Origin: a virus
Lineage: Duplodnaviria > Caudoviricetes
Length of the DNA: 64,000 bases
Direction: 5' to 3' (one strand)
IMG/VR virus record: IMGVR_UViG_3300050343_000266
Coordinates: 1-64,000 of that record
The notes under the pieces were generated by a model. That model saw nothing but the letters and a program-made list of their open reading frames with translations, had not been told where the DNA came from and ran no database searches. Within the stretch, counting starts at the first letter, position 1, and each line of letters opens with the position of its first letter. Below, in pieces: positions 49,335 through 58,600 of this stretch. The translations under genes were made by a program, and so were the position numbers.

Positions 49335-50759
49335 TTACTCAGCGCAGCCAACACAGGCTGCAGGGTCATTAAAGATGTTGATAATGCCGTCATCATCGGC
49401 GTCACCGTCGTTGAATCCGAACATAGTTCCAAAATCACCGTCTAGTGCAGCAAGTGCATCATCTTTTGCCTGCGTATTCTGCATAACTTGCAAGCTGTAG
49501 TACAGCGAAGTTTGGGGAGAATCAAGCCAAGCTTCAATGAAGTTATCGTCATAAGTAACAACGTCGCTCCATGAATTGAAACTATAGCCATGTGCCAGGC
49601 CGGTGCGTTTAAGCATTTCCATAATGCCATCGACTACACGTTTGTAGTTGTCCCAGCCAACTGAATCGGCTGTTTCAACTTCTCCGTAATCGAATGTTTC
49701 GACACCGAATGTAGAGCTGTCCCTATCCACTGTGCGTCCGATTGGCGGTGCAATTTCGGGGGCCGTGGTATAGCCAGCTCGGTCTGTGTAACGGTAACTA
49801 CATGAGGCAGTTGGTGCAATAGCAAAGCAGCGATCCATATTGGCTCGTTCTGCAATAGCTGCTGCTGAATCAACACCTAGCTGAAGTTCTTTAACTATCT
49901 TACGTGCTTCTGGAGTCGTAATGTAATCACCTTCGGGATACAAATGTGCAGTAAGTGCTTCGCCAAACTGCTCGTAAGTGACGTTCTCTAGAGCCAATAG
50001 GTTTGCTAGTCCAAGCATGCCTAGTCCTACCTGACGATCCTCCTGTTGAGTGAGATACTCACCTGTTTTTTCGACACCAGTTTTTGAATGCAGATCAATA
50101 AGCTCTGACATTCCCGCAATAAATGCGGACGGAATATCTTCAGGACGACAAGCCCCCAAGTTTATATGTTCTAAAAGACAGGTTCCACGGCTCTTGAGAA
50201 AAACCTCAAGGCAAACGTTGGCATAAATACGCTCACCATGCTGATCACTGCGGATCTTGGCAAGCCAGATATCACCACGAGCAATGCCTTTGAGGATTGC
50301 ATCTTTGACTGCAGGCTTGGCCATGTCCCACATGACGTTAGACAAGTTAATGCAACGCTTAGCCCAAGGGATTTCGTGCCTAGGCATATTGATGAACTCA
50401 AGGATGTCCTTATGGTTCAAATCGAGGTGAAGCACCACAGCGCCGTTCTTGTAGACCCCACCTCTACGTAGCTGCTCATTCAAACAGCTATAGATTTTGC
50501 CGAATGAACAAGGCCCAGAACTTACTAGCCCTTTACCGTTGTCATGCCCGGCAGGACGAATCTTGGAAAGATGTACAGCAACCCCCGCCCCGAAGCGTAA
50601 TCCGTGACTCACGTAGCGCCAGCTGGCCTCGATTCCGTTATCACCAGTCATGCTGTCATCCACAACAAATACTGTGCAGCTAACTGGTAAACGACTAGCT
50701 GGATCATCAATCCAATTTTGTACACGTCCAGTGCGTGCAATCACTTGCTTATTTTCCAT
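49335..50759 (-). CDS. nrdA: Ribonucleotide reductase large subunit, minimal cyanophage (class O-slash / CyanoSP) type
   Basis: PVSC, NVCLE, CLL.HINL, IAPTAS, SLYY and C-terminal CVGC; only 474 aa. Confidence 0.9.
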   Translation of the reverse strand: MENKQVIARTGRVQNWIDDPASRLPVSCTVFVVDDSMTGDNGIEASWRYVSHGLRFGAGVAVHLSKIRPAGHDNGKGLVSSGPCSFGKIYSCLNEQLRRGGVYKNGAVVLHLDLNHKDILEFINMPRHEIPWAKRCINLSNVMWDMAKPAVKDAILKGIARGDIWLAKIRSDQHGERIYANVCLEVFLKSRGTCLLEHINLGACRPEDIPSAFIAGMSELIDLHSKTGVEKTGEYLTQQEDRQVGLGMLGLANLLALENVTYEQFGEALTAHLYPEGDYITTPEARKIVKELQLGVDSAAAIAERANMDRCFAIAPTASCSYRYTDRAGYTTAPEIAPPIGRTVDRDSSTFGVETFDYGEVETADSVGWDNYKRVVDGIMEMLKRTGLAHGYSFNSWSDVVTYDDNFIEAWLDSPQTSLYYSLQVMQNTQAKDDALAALDGDFGTMFGFNDGDADDDGIINIFNDPAACVGCAE

Positions 50760-51192
50760 TGGTGTCGTAGTAGTTAAGTTGAGGTTTAGGTAGGCAGTCG
50801 CCTAGATCGGGCGGTAAATACGATGGACCTTTAAGGACCTTTCCGTCTTCTCTGTAAATTGGCTTTCCTTGTTCATCTAGTTTACTGAGATTAGACTCAT
50901 AAACGAGTTGCATAGCCTTATCTAAATCGATGCCATAAGTAGCAGCAAATTGATAGCAAACAAAGACAAGGTCTGATAGTTCTTTAACAAGTTCTTCTCT
51001 ACGTTTTGTGTTTTCAGGATCAGCAAAGCATTCATCGGCAGCAGTCATAAACTCCTGGCCCTCTTCAGCTATTAATCGTAGCTGCATATCCCATAAATTC
51101 TTCTTAATAAATCCAAACCTAGAGATATTGTCAAGAGTTTCTTGATTAAAAATCTCTCTGAATTTACGTGCTTGATCAAGTAATGTCATCAT
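50749..51192 (-). CDS. MazG-like / PRA-PH nucleotide pyrophosphohydrolase
   Basis: LIAEEGQEF, KELSDLVFV, VYESNLSKL, REDGKVLKGP. Confidence 0.85.
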   Translation of the reverse strand: MMTLLDQARKFREIFNQETLDNISRFGFIKKNLWDMQLRLIAEEGQEFMTAADECFADPENTKRREELVKELSDLVFVCYQFAATYGIDLDKAMQLVYESNLSKLDEQGKPIYREDGKVLKGPSYLPPDLGDCLPKPQLNYYDTNGK

Positions 51193-51416
51193 TATTCCCT
51201 GAATGTGATGCGTCCTCTTGTTAAATCAAAAGGACTAAGTTCTACGGTAACTCGATCACCAACCAAGAGCTGGATCTTACGTGTTACCAATTTTCCTGAT
51301 GCTCTACACAAACACTTATGTTCTGCTGGCTCATCTAGTTCAACATTGAAGTATCCGTTGCCGCTCTCCTTAAAGATGACACCTTTCGTTTCAATGACAT
51401 TTGCTTTTTTGCTCAT
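51192..51416 (-). CDS. infA: Translation initiation factor IF-1
   Basis: VIE.KG.I..., F.VELD, SGKL...KIQLLVGDRVTVELSPFDLTRGRITFR align end to end with bacterial IF-1. Confidence 0.9.
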   Translation of the reverse strand: MSKKANVIETKGVIFKESGNGYFNVELDEPAEHKCLCRASGKLVTRKIQLLVGDRVTVELSPFDLTRGRITFRE

Positions 51417-51553
51417 ATTCTTTTACAGATTTGAAATATAGTTTGTTGTATTTAACGATCATCTCGTTAATTACTTCGCGGTCGTCAAGCTCATCAATAG
51501 CAATTAGGTGCTGAGAGCATCCATGAAGCTCACCAATAAGGAGTAAGTATTGT

Positions 51554-51769
51554 TCAGGCAGCATTAAAACCTTTTATTTTTTTGTGTTTCTTTTTGTCTT
51601 TCTTATACAGATTATGTGGCCCAATTTTACAAAGCTGCTCATCGCTTTCCTTAGAAAGGATAGAACACATTTGATCTACTGCCATGGCAAATATACCTGC
51701 ATGAGACAGTTTGGCAACCATGTGATGTGAAAGATCAAATATAAACTCTTCACGCTCGTTTTCTGTCAT
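51554..51769 (-). CDS. Hypothetical protein
   Basis: 71-aa ORF with ATGA overlap. Confidence 0.5.
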   Translation of the reverse strand: MTENEREEFIFDLSHHMVAKLSHAGIFAMAVDQMCSILSKESDEQLCKIGPHNLYKKDKKKHKKIKGFNAA

Positions 51770-52113
51770 TCTGGATGTGCGTAAGTGTAGGCATCGAGTG
51801 TTGCTTGGAGGTGCTCAATAATTGAGTTAGCTCCCACGAATCGTTCAACAGATTCTTCTCTATAGTCACAATCTTCATCGCCGTCTTCATCTAGTCGGCA
51901 GGAAACCTCCTCATGAACGACAACGAGTGTTGGTGACAGTTCCACCGATAACTCCTCCGCCAACGCTGTAGGGCCGCCTGAGGGCGCTTTAAGAGGGACA
52001 AAGTCCAACTCAGCCGCTTCGTTTTCCGTGAGAGTTTTGACGTGGTCCTTGAGACGATCGCAAGGAGCACACCCGTCTTGGGTAAAAACATAGAGCTTGT
52101 AGTTTTTCATCAT
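51766..52113 (-). CDS. Thioredoxin/glutaredoxin-like protein
   Basis: FTQDGCAPCDRLK and cis-Pro SPTLVV. Confidence 0.85.
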   Translation of the reverse strand: MMKNYKLYVFTQDGCAPCDRLKDHVKTLTENEAAELDFVPLKAPSGGPTALAEELSVELSPTLVVVHEEVSCRLDEDGDEDCDYREESVERFVGANSIIEHLQATLDAYTYAHPE

Positions 52114-52117
52114 TGTT

Positions 52118-52426
52118 TTAGGCAGGATTACCATCAGTGAAATAGAAACCACCGATACAGTTCTCGTTATTTGATATTACTAAATGTCGTGCATGTTGAT
52201 AACATCTCATACCCATATGATAGGAAATCATGACGGGATCACCGACAATTACGGTGTCTAATCGGTCGCACATAATTAAACGAACTGCAGGTGGTTTGCG
52301 TTTGTACTGAATCTCTGCGTCATAGGCAAGGTGGGAGTCTTCGTTGAGTGTGTTTGGGTTGAAAACAGTTCGAACTCTGGGAGCAGTCACAGGGATTGCT
52401 TCCATTTCAGACATTAGTTTTTTCAT
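52118..52426 (-). CDS. Hypothetical protein
   Basis: ORF in a tightly packed run. Confidence 0.5.
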   Translation of the reverse strand: MKKLMSEMEAIPVTAPRVRTVFNPNTLNEDSHLAYDAEIQYKRKPPAVRLIMCDRLDTVIVGDPVMISYHMGMRCYQHARHLVISNNENCIGGFYFTDGNPA

Positions 52427-52620
52427 TCGTCGGCAAAGGTTATATCAATTAGTTGGGATTCTTCGAAGAGCAGCTCTTGTACAGCACCGCTCTCGATCTC
52501 TTCTTCGCTGAAATGCCAGTCTGCAAGGTTCTCTAAGTAGTAGTTAACCTCGTCATGGATATTGTTATCCAATGCACAGCGCAGGAATGTACGGAAATGA
52601 TCTCGTTGTACTTCAGTCAT
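52423..52620 (-). CDS. Hypothetical acidic protein
   Basis: Resembles its upstream neighbour (Q...FR.FL...L). Confidence 0.5.
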   Translation of the reverse strand: MTEVQRDHFRTFLRCALDNNIHDEVNYYLENLADWHFSEEEIESGAVQELLFEESQLIDITFADE

Positions 52621-52865
52621 GATCTTCCAAAAGGGTCAGGTGTCCATTGAAATGAAATATTTGAAGCATCTTCTATAAATGCTTCTTCGAGTTCCTCATA
52701 TCCCTTGTCAGAAAGGTCATCCTGTAAATGAGGTGAGTTGTCTATGTAGACAGGAATGAGTTGTTCTATTTGACGCATGAGTGAGTTTGCAAGAAATGAT
52801 CGAAACCGTGTTTGTTCTTGTACTGTAAGTTTCATTCGTTTGTAATTAGACGGTATGTTGTACAA
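52617..52865 (-). CDS. Hypothetical acidic protein
   Basis: ORF in a tightly packed run. Confidence 0.5.
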   Translation of the reverse strand: MYNIPSNYKRMKLTVQEQTRFRSFLANSLMRQIEQLIPVYIDNSPHLQDDLSDKGYEELEEAFIEDASNISFQWTPDPFGRS

Positions 52866-52971
52866 CGCTTGCTGTTAGCCACACGTTGCTTGAGCAAAGC
52901 CAATTCTTTTTTGGCAAGTTCTTCATCCTCAAAGGATTCTTTGGTGACCCAGACTTGTTGTTGAATGTGAA

Positions 52972-53247
52972 TCATGAGTTAGGCAGGTGCAGTTTTAGCG
53001 GAGGTAGATACTTTTTCTCAGCAAGGTACACTTCGACTTCCTGGCGCTGATCGCTAGTGAGATAACCAAACATGATGTTGAGTATCTGGTTGAGATAGTG
53101 CGTAGGAAATTCTGGTGAGTCTTGGGCCAGTGCTGCGTGGCACAGGAGTACGACATCGAGCACGTCATAGTCGGGCAGTTTGTCAACGTTCATTTGTAAA
53201 TTTGATGTATTCGGTGGGATTTTCTGCAAAGTAATCAAGAAGTTCAA
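52972..53247 (-). CDS. Hypothetical protein
   Basis: ORF; the true start may be the internal Met (MNVDKL). Confidence 0.45.
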   Translation of the reverse strand: MNFLITLQKIPPNTSNLQMNVDKLPDYDVLDVVLLCHAALAQDSPEFPTHYLNQILNIMFGYLTSDQRQEVEVYLAEKKYLPPLKLHLPNS

Positions 53248-53349
53248 GTAGCCGACATGCTGTTATGTGCTCCCCATCAATAGATAATTGGAGGAGCACA
53301 CTGTTGAGGTAACGTCTAGCAGCCAGCAGTTCGGTAACTGCTCGTGATG

Positions 53350-53580
53350 TCATTCGTCTTCTTCTTCTTCCTCTTCTTTCTTTTGTAGCTGCAATTGAGT
53401 TTGAGCATATTCAGAAACACAGCCATCGACAATCCATTCAAGAGTCTCAGCTTCGAGTTGTTCTAATGCCATTGCACAGACAGAACATCGTATAGCCATT
53501 GTCATTGTTGGATAGTTATCGATGAGATAAGCGTCAATATCAAAGATGTATTCACGCTCGTAGTCAGTTTTTACAGGCAT
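53350..53580 (-). CDS. Hypothetical acidic protein
   Basis: 76 aa with a poly-E tail. Confidence 0.5.
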   Translation of the reverse strand: MPVKTDYEREYIFDIDAYLIDNYPTMTMAIRCSVCAMALEQLEAETLEWIVDGCVSEYAQTQLQLQKKEEEEEEDE

Positions 53581-54227
53581 TAGAAGTTCTCCTCTTCTGT
53601 GTCAGCAGGCAATGCACGTAAGTCATCTAGGACAGTGACTTCAGTAGGAACACCGGATATCTCTGCAGACAGGATTTGTACTGCATCTGTAACGCTTCTG
53701 ATGATGCCTTCCTTGTCTCTGTCAGAACGCAAGTCGCGAAGCTGCTCATACATATGATTGTCAGAAACACGCTCGCCATCTAGATAGATGTTGGCGAAGG
53801 AAGGACGCTTGCCTTGATCACCACGCTTGGACCAGAAGGTGAATGGTGTGTTGAAGTCATACATTCCTGACCCCATGATTCCCATCAGAGCTGTGACGAC
53901 AGCTTGTGACCACATGGTCTCGACACCAGAAGTGAAGCAAAGCTTGATACCATTAGGACCACGCAGCTTGAGATTTAGCTTTGATGCTTTGAATGTACCA
54001 ATGTCATGAACAATTTCAATGCCATAGCAGACAACATTTTTGAATGATTGTAGTGGCTTGCCGTTTGCTTGATTAAGAAGAGCAATGGGCTTGGAGTCTT
54101 TGTAGAAGAAAAATACAGCGTCAGATTCTTTCATTACGCCAACTCCAATAAGTAGGTCGTAATCAACTGGCGCAGATAGACCACCAGTAAACTCAGAAAT
54201 AATTGAAGCAGGATTAGCGATTGTCAT
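53580..54227 (-). CDS. Hypothetical protein
   Basis: 215-aa ORF. Confidence 0.65.
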   Translation of the reverse strand: MTIANPASIISEFTGGLSAPVDYDLLIGVGVMKESDAVFFFYKDSKPIALLNQANGKPLQSFKNVVCYGIEIVHDIGTFKASKLNLKLRGPNGIKLCFTSGVETMWSQAVVTALMGIMGSGMYDFNTPFTFWSKRGDQGKRPSFANIYLDGERVSDNHMYEQLRDLRSDRDKEGIIRSVTDAVQILSAEISGVPTEVTVLDDLRALPADTEEENF

Positions 54228-54290
54228 AGTAAAAAGTAAGTGAATGCCATATAGGCAATAGAAAATAGAGGACCCATTAGGGTCCGTATA

Positions 54291-54455
54291 TCAGCGGTTT
54301 CGAGCAGGATCTAAAGCCATTAGCCGATTGGCTTGTGCTTGGCAGCGATCAGCTACAAGTTGATAAACCTCTTGTGGGTTATCAGCTTCATGCTCTTGAA
54401 TTAATTGCACCAGGAAATGCATAAACAATCCTGTTAGCTCTCTTGTATTTGTCAT
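54291..54455 (-). CDS. Small hypothetical protein (54 aa, not in the ORF track)
   Basis: MTNTRELTGLFMHFLVQLIQEHEADNPQEVYQLVADRCQAQANRLMALDPARNR. Confidence 0.5.
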   Translation of the reverse strand: MTNTRELTGLFMHFLVQLIQEHEADNPQEVYQLVADRCQAQANRLMALDPARNR

Positions 54456-54458
54456 TCG

Positions 54459-54626
54459 TCAGGCTGCTGCTAGTTCTCCTGCCATCTCAGCCAACTTGGC
54501 TGTAGCACGGCATTGAAGGACGATCCAAGCAAGCTCTCCTGATAGTTGATTTGTGTCGCAGAAATATTCGATTGTGTCGTCTATCAAACCTTCCAGCTCG
54601 GACAGCTGGTCGCGTGATAATTGCAT
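54459..54626 (-). CDS. Small hypothetical protein (55 aa, not in the ORF track)
   Basis: MQLSRDQLSELEGLIDDTIEYFCDTNQLSGELAW... Confidence 0.55.
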   Translation of the reverse strand: MQLSRDQLSELEGLIDDTIEYFCDTNQLSGELAWIVLQCRATAKLAEMAGELAAA

Positions 54627-54713
54627 TCATGAGAGATATAAGTGTTCAGGCCCATCGCCGGGCACAACCTAAATATAGCGCCCATTAGGGCGCAATAGCT
54701 ATGACATTTATAC

Positions 54714-55543
54714 TTATTTTTTCAGGTTGTAATCAATTGATTTTCTTCTGCGAGCAAACTTCCCATCTTTCATTAATCCTTGGTACACATCAGCTTTAGA
54801 GGCGGCTCTTTCAGTTCCATAATAATTAACTGACGAACTTGGAGAAGGTGACGGAGATGGATTAGGGAAAGGAGATGGAGATGGAGATGGACTAGGAGAA
54901 GGCGATGGAGAAGGATTAGGAGAAGGCATTGGTATATCACTACTGCTAGGCATAGGAATTATTGGCATAGCAATAGTTGGCATACTCTTAGGAGGGGTAA
55001 TACGCGGCATAGGCATACGCCCAGGCATAGGCATACGCCCAGGCATAGGCATCTTCATAGGCATATTCATACCTGGCATCTTCATAGGCATATTCATGCC
55101 TGGCATATTCATAGGCATATTCATAGGCATATTCATAGGCATATTCATGGCATATTCATAGGCATATTCATAGGCATTCATAGGCATATCCATACCCGGC
55201 ATCTTCATAGGCATAAACATAGGCATGAACATTACCTTAGGCATAGGCATATTCATACCTGGCATCTTCATAGGCATGAACATTACCTTAGGCATAGGCA
55301 TAGGCATAGGCATAGGCATGCGCATAGGCATAGGCATGCGCATTACCACAGGCATAGGCTTGGGTTGAGGCTTTGGTGCAGGCTGAGGTGAAGGTGAGGT
55401 GAAGGTGAAGGTGAAGGTGAAGGTGAAGGTCTAGGTGAAGGACGTGGTGAAGGTCTAGGCGATGGCCGTGGTGAAGGTTTAGGTTGAGGTCTAGGCATAG
55501 GCATGCTCATACCCATACCCATCATCATGTTTCTTCTACCCAT
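54714..55543 (-). CDS. Met-Pro repeat protein flanked by (SP)n tracts; ORFs 55343-55543 and 54714-55355 join if one base is restored near 55397
   Basis: MGRRNMMMGMGMSMPMP, (PSPR)n, (SP)n, (MPMN/MPMK/MPGM)n, (SP)n. Confidence 0.7.
55005..55340 (-). repeat. Tandem ATGCCT / ATGAATATGCCT repeats
   Basis: Repeated AGGCAT and ATAGGCATATTC units on the + strand. Confidence 0.9.
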
Positions 55544-55546
55544 TGC

Positions 55547-55930
55547 CTATTCCTCAAATGTTGTATCTCCCACTCCGTAATCTAAAGTTAATTCGGAGCC
55601 TGCGGAAATTGTTTTAATGGCAAAAAATACCATACATTCATTGTAATCATCAATGTAATAGTTGATATTGCCTCCATCATCCGTATGGTTATACAGTGCT
55701 GCATGACCAAAGCCAATTACAGAGTATTCATCAGAGAATGCATAACAATGTGAATGTATTGTTGCTTCTTCTGTCTCTTGGTAAGGCAGATAGAGCATAG
55801 GAGACTCTTCTATTAGATCTCCTTCTTCAAAGTCTTCATTAGTGAAAACTCCATATCGATGTATGTTTGATTTTTTAATACATAGACCTGGACTGGTAAA
55901 TAAATCAGTCTTATTAATATTTGGATGCAT
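55547..55930 (-). CDS. SET-domain protein lysine methyltransferase
   Basis: IKKSNIHRYGVFT...GDLIEE, LYNH...N, FFAIKTISAGSELTLDYG. Confidence 0.9.
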   Translation of the reverse strand: MHPNINKTDLFTSPGLCIKKSNIHRYGVFTNEDFEEGDLIEESPMLYLPYQETEEATIHSHCYAFSDEYSVIGFGHAALYNHTDDGGNINYYIDDYNECMVFFAIKTISAGSELTLDYGVGDTTFEE

Positions 55931-55932
55931 AT

Positions 55933-55970
55933 AAAAAAAGTAGCTCCTTATGATTTTAAAGGAACTACTT
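55933..55970 (-). terminator. Rho-independent terminator between the basic-protein gene and the SET gene
   Basis: Minus strand AAGTAGTTCCTT...AAGGAGCTACTT followed by a T-run. Confidence 0.65.
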
Positions 55971-56010
55971 ACATTTAATGACTATAAAAAAGTTAATTAA
56001 AGGCTTAATA

Positions 56011-56361
56011 TTAACGACGACGACGAGTAGCCCGACGAGTAGCGGCAGCAGCTTGACGTGTTGACCTACGAGCTGCACGCCGTTGCGCTGCAGCAGCTTG
56101 GCCACCAGCTGTGTTGCGTGTTTTTACACGGCTAGAGTTTTTGCCGTAAGTAGTACCGCCGCGCATCATTGATTTAACTGCGCCACCAGTTGCAGTTTTG
56201 CGTGTTGCTGATTTGACTGCGCCACCTGTTGTACGACGACTAGTTCGAACTGAACCATCAGCATTAGTACGCTTGCGTTGAATCGTACCGTCTTTACGCT
56301 TGCGTTCTTGAATGGTTGCTCCTCGTTTAGTACGTCGCGTACTAGTAGCTCGTTTCATCAT
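56011..56361 (-). CDS. Arg/Lys/Thr-rich protamine- or histone-tail-like protein
   Basis: 116 aa, strongly basic, with a duplicated TGGAVKS. Confidence 0.7.
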   Translation of the reverse strand: MMKRATSTRRTKRGATIQERKRKDGTIQRKRTNADGSVRTSRRTTGGAVKSATRKTATGGAVKSMMRGGTTYGKNSSRVKTRNTAGGQAAAAQRRAARRSTRQAAAATRRATRRRR

Positions 56362-56412
56362 TGTTCAATACAATTAAGTCTCCTTAAATTGTATCAACTA
56401 GATAATACTTAA

Positions 56413-56604
56413 CTACCACATTCCTGGAATCATTTGTCCAGTCACTGCATAGCTTCCAAGTGCTGCGATAATACCCAGCATTGCCAAACGGCCATTTAGT
56501 TTTTCAGCTTTAGTGTTGTGGTCCATGGTGATCTCCATTACTTGCATTTGTGGTTCTTTGGCGTAGATATTTGTTCTTCCGCCGTCTTCAATAATTGTAG
56601 TCAT
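56413..56604 (-). CDS. hli: High-light-inducible protein
   Basis: AEKLNGRLAMLG and TGQMIPGMW. Confidence 0.95.
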   Translation of the reverse strand: MTTIIEDGGRTNIYAKEPQMQVMEITMDHNTKAEKLNGRLAMLGIIAALGSYAVTGQMIPGMW

Positions 56605-56605
56605 T

Positions 56606-56637
56606 TCTGTAATGTTTTGTTAAGCAACTTAAGTATA
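56606..56637 (-). promoter_or_regulatory. hli promoter: -10 TATACT followed by an HLR1 (RpaB)-like direct repeat
   Basis: Minus strand TATACT-taagttgc-TTAACAAA-ac-ATTACAGA just before the ATG; imperfect match to (G/T)TTACA(T/A)(T/A)-N2 repeats. Confidence 0.45.
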
Positions 56638-56736
56638 GCCTCGAATTCTTGATAACGAGGATTTCTAATTGAGATATTATTCTGCATATAGAGAACTACT
56701 GCAGCACGAACATCATTCAGTTGTTCTTGAGTTAAG

Positions 56737-57147
56737 TCATTCATTGGTATGTCGAGCAATGTATGCAATGAGCTGCTTTAGATGCTTAGGACTATCAGAA
56801 ACAATCCCTAAGACGATATTACAATCTTTGCAAAGCAGTTCACGAACGTTGTTGGTTACATGGTCGTGATCCACACACCATTGGTTGTGCTTTCCTCTAG
56901 GTTCTGAAGAACCGCAGCAGGCGCATCTGGAGCTTTGATTAGACACCATCCCATTGAAAGTATCAAGAGTGATGCCGTAAGTACGCCGATAGTGTAAATC
57001 TCTTGCTCGCTCTGGGTCTCGGGTAGCCTTAACCCTTGCTTTAGTACACTCTTTACATTCATTCTTTCTTTTTAATTTTTTAGCTTTGTCAGCATAGAAC
57101 TCAGATAAATCTTTTGTTTCTTGACATATACTACATATTCTTTCCAT
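56737..57147 (-). CDS. Endonuclease VII-family homing endonuclease (F-CphI-like)
   Basis: CSIC...CKEC, YGIT, CACC, VDHDH, VRELLCKDCN; immediately downstream of psbA. Confidence 0.85.
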   Translation of the reverse strand: MERICSICQETKDLSEFYADKAKKLKRKNECKECTKARVKATRDPERARDLHYRRTYGITLDTFNGMVSNQSSRCACCGSSEPRGKHNQWCVDHDHVTNNVRELLCKDCNIVLGIVSDSPKHLKQLIAYIARHTNE

Positions 57148-57198
57148 TAAAAAAGGCCCACACTCGTGAGCCTATCTAAACTAATTGTTAGTTGTGGA

Positions 57199-58281
57199 TT
57201 AACCGATAGAAGGTGCAGTTAGAGCTACAGAAGTAGTCTCAACAGCTGCTAAGTCTAAGGGGAAATTGTGAGCGTTACGTTCATGCATCACTTCCATTCC
57301 AAGACCTGCGCGGTTCAGAATGTCAGCCCAGGTGTTGACAACGTGTCCGCCGTGAACGATTGACTGGTTGAAGTTGAAGCCGTTCAAGTTGAAGGCCATA
57401 GTAGAGACACCTAGTGCGGTGAACCAGATACCTACGACCGGCCAGGCCGCTAAAAAGAAATGCAGTGAGCGACTGTTGTTGAAGCTGGCATATTGGAAGA
57501 TGAGACGACCAAAGTAACCATGAGCAGCAACGATATTATATGTTTCCTCTTCTTGGCCAAACTTGTAACCGTAGTTCTGTGACTCGGTTTCAGTTGTCTC
57601 GCGAACGAGTGAAGAAGTAACAAGTGAGCCATGCATAGCAGAGAACAAAGAGCCACCGAATACACCGGCAACGCCGAGCATATGAAACGGATGCATCAAG
57701 ATGTTGTGCTCTGCCTGGAAAACCAGCATGTAGTTAAACGTGCCAGAGATACCAAGAGGCATAGCGTCAGAGAATGAACCCTGACCGAATGGATAAACGA
57801 GGAAGACTGCGGATGCTGCTGCAACAGGTGCAGAGTACGCAACGCAGATCCATGGGCGCATACCTAACCGGTAGCTAAGTTCCCATTCACGTCCCATGTA
57901 AGCGAAGATACCGATAAGGAAGTGGAAGACAACAAGTTGGAATGGGCCTCCGTTATAGAGCCACTCGTCCAGTGAAGCCGCTTCCCAGATTGGGTAAAAA
58001 TGCAGACCGATTGCGTTTGAAGACGGGACAACTGCTCCTGAAATAATGTTATTTCCGTAAAGGAGCGATCCAGCAACTGGTTCACGTATGCCATCGATAT
58101 CTACAGGTGGTGCGCCTACGAAGGCGATAATGAAACAGATGGTTGCAGCTAGCAACGTAGGAATCATCAAGATGCCAAACCAGCCCACATAGAGGCGGTT
58201 GTCAGTTGATGTAACCCACTTGCAAAACTGCTCCCAATTGGACTGAACGCTAGATGCGCCAGTAAAAATTGTTGAAGCCAT
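57199..58281 (-). CDS. psbA: Photosystem II D1 protein
   Basis: [36 protein letters not shown]; Gln130; uninterrupted 360 aa. Confidence 0.99.
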   Translation of the reverse strand: MASTIFTGASSVQSNWEQFCKWVTSTDNRLYVGWFGILMIPTLLAATICFIIAFVGAPPVDIDGIREPVAGSLLYGNNIISGAVVPSSNAIGLHFYPIWEAASLDEWLYNGGPFQLVVFHFLIGIFAYMGREWELSYRLGMRPWICVAYSAPVAAASAVFLVYPFGQGSFSDAMPLGISGTFNYMLVFQAEHNILMHPFHMLGVAGVFGGSLFSAMHGSLVTSSLVRETTETESQNYGYKFGQEEETYNIVAAHGYFGRLIFQYASFNNSRSLHFFLAAWPVVGIWFTALGVSTMAFNLNGFNFNQSIVHGGHVVNTWADILNRAGLGMEVMHERNAHNFPLDLAAVETTSVALTAPSIG

Positions 58282-58600
58282 TAAATTAATGCGGTGTTTT
58301 GTTTATTTGGGTTAGTACTCGCGTGTGATTAACGCTACCTAACAATCATACCTTGATTGTTATGAAATAAACACAGTATATATACTTAAAGGTCGAGATC
58401 TTGGGTTCTAATTTTATAGTCTCGTTGGAAATCTCTAGATTGCTTGCGTTCTTTAAGCTGGTGTTCGAGATGTGAGGAAAATCCTTTCGTAGTTGGATGC
58501 TTAATAGTCTTTGACATTCTTTTCTCCTATTTAGTTTTAGTTAGGAGCAGGGAATGCTCCCAACTATGTTTAATATATCAGCGAACACACACTGATGAGA

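Noticed and set aside
55005-55340. CRISPR array
   Set aside because: Short 6-12 bp tandem coding repeats without unique spacers, and no cas genes recognised
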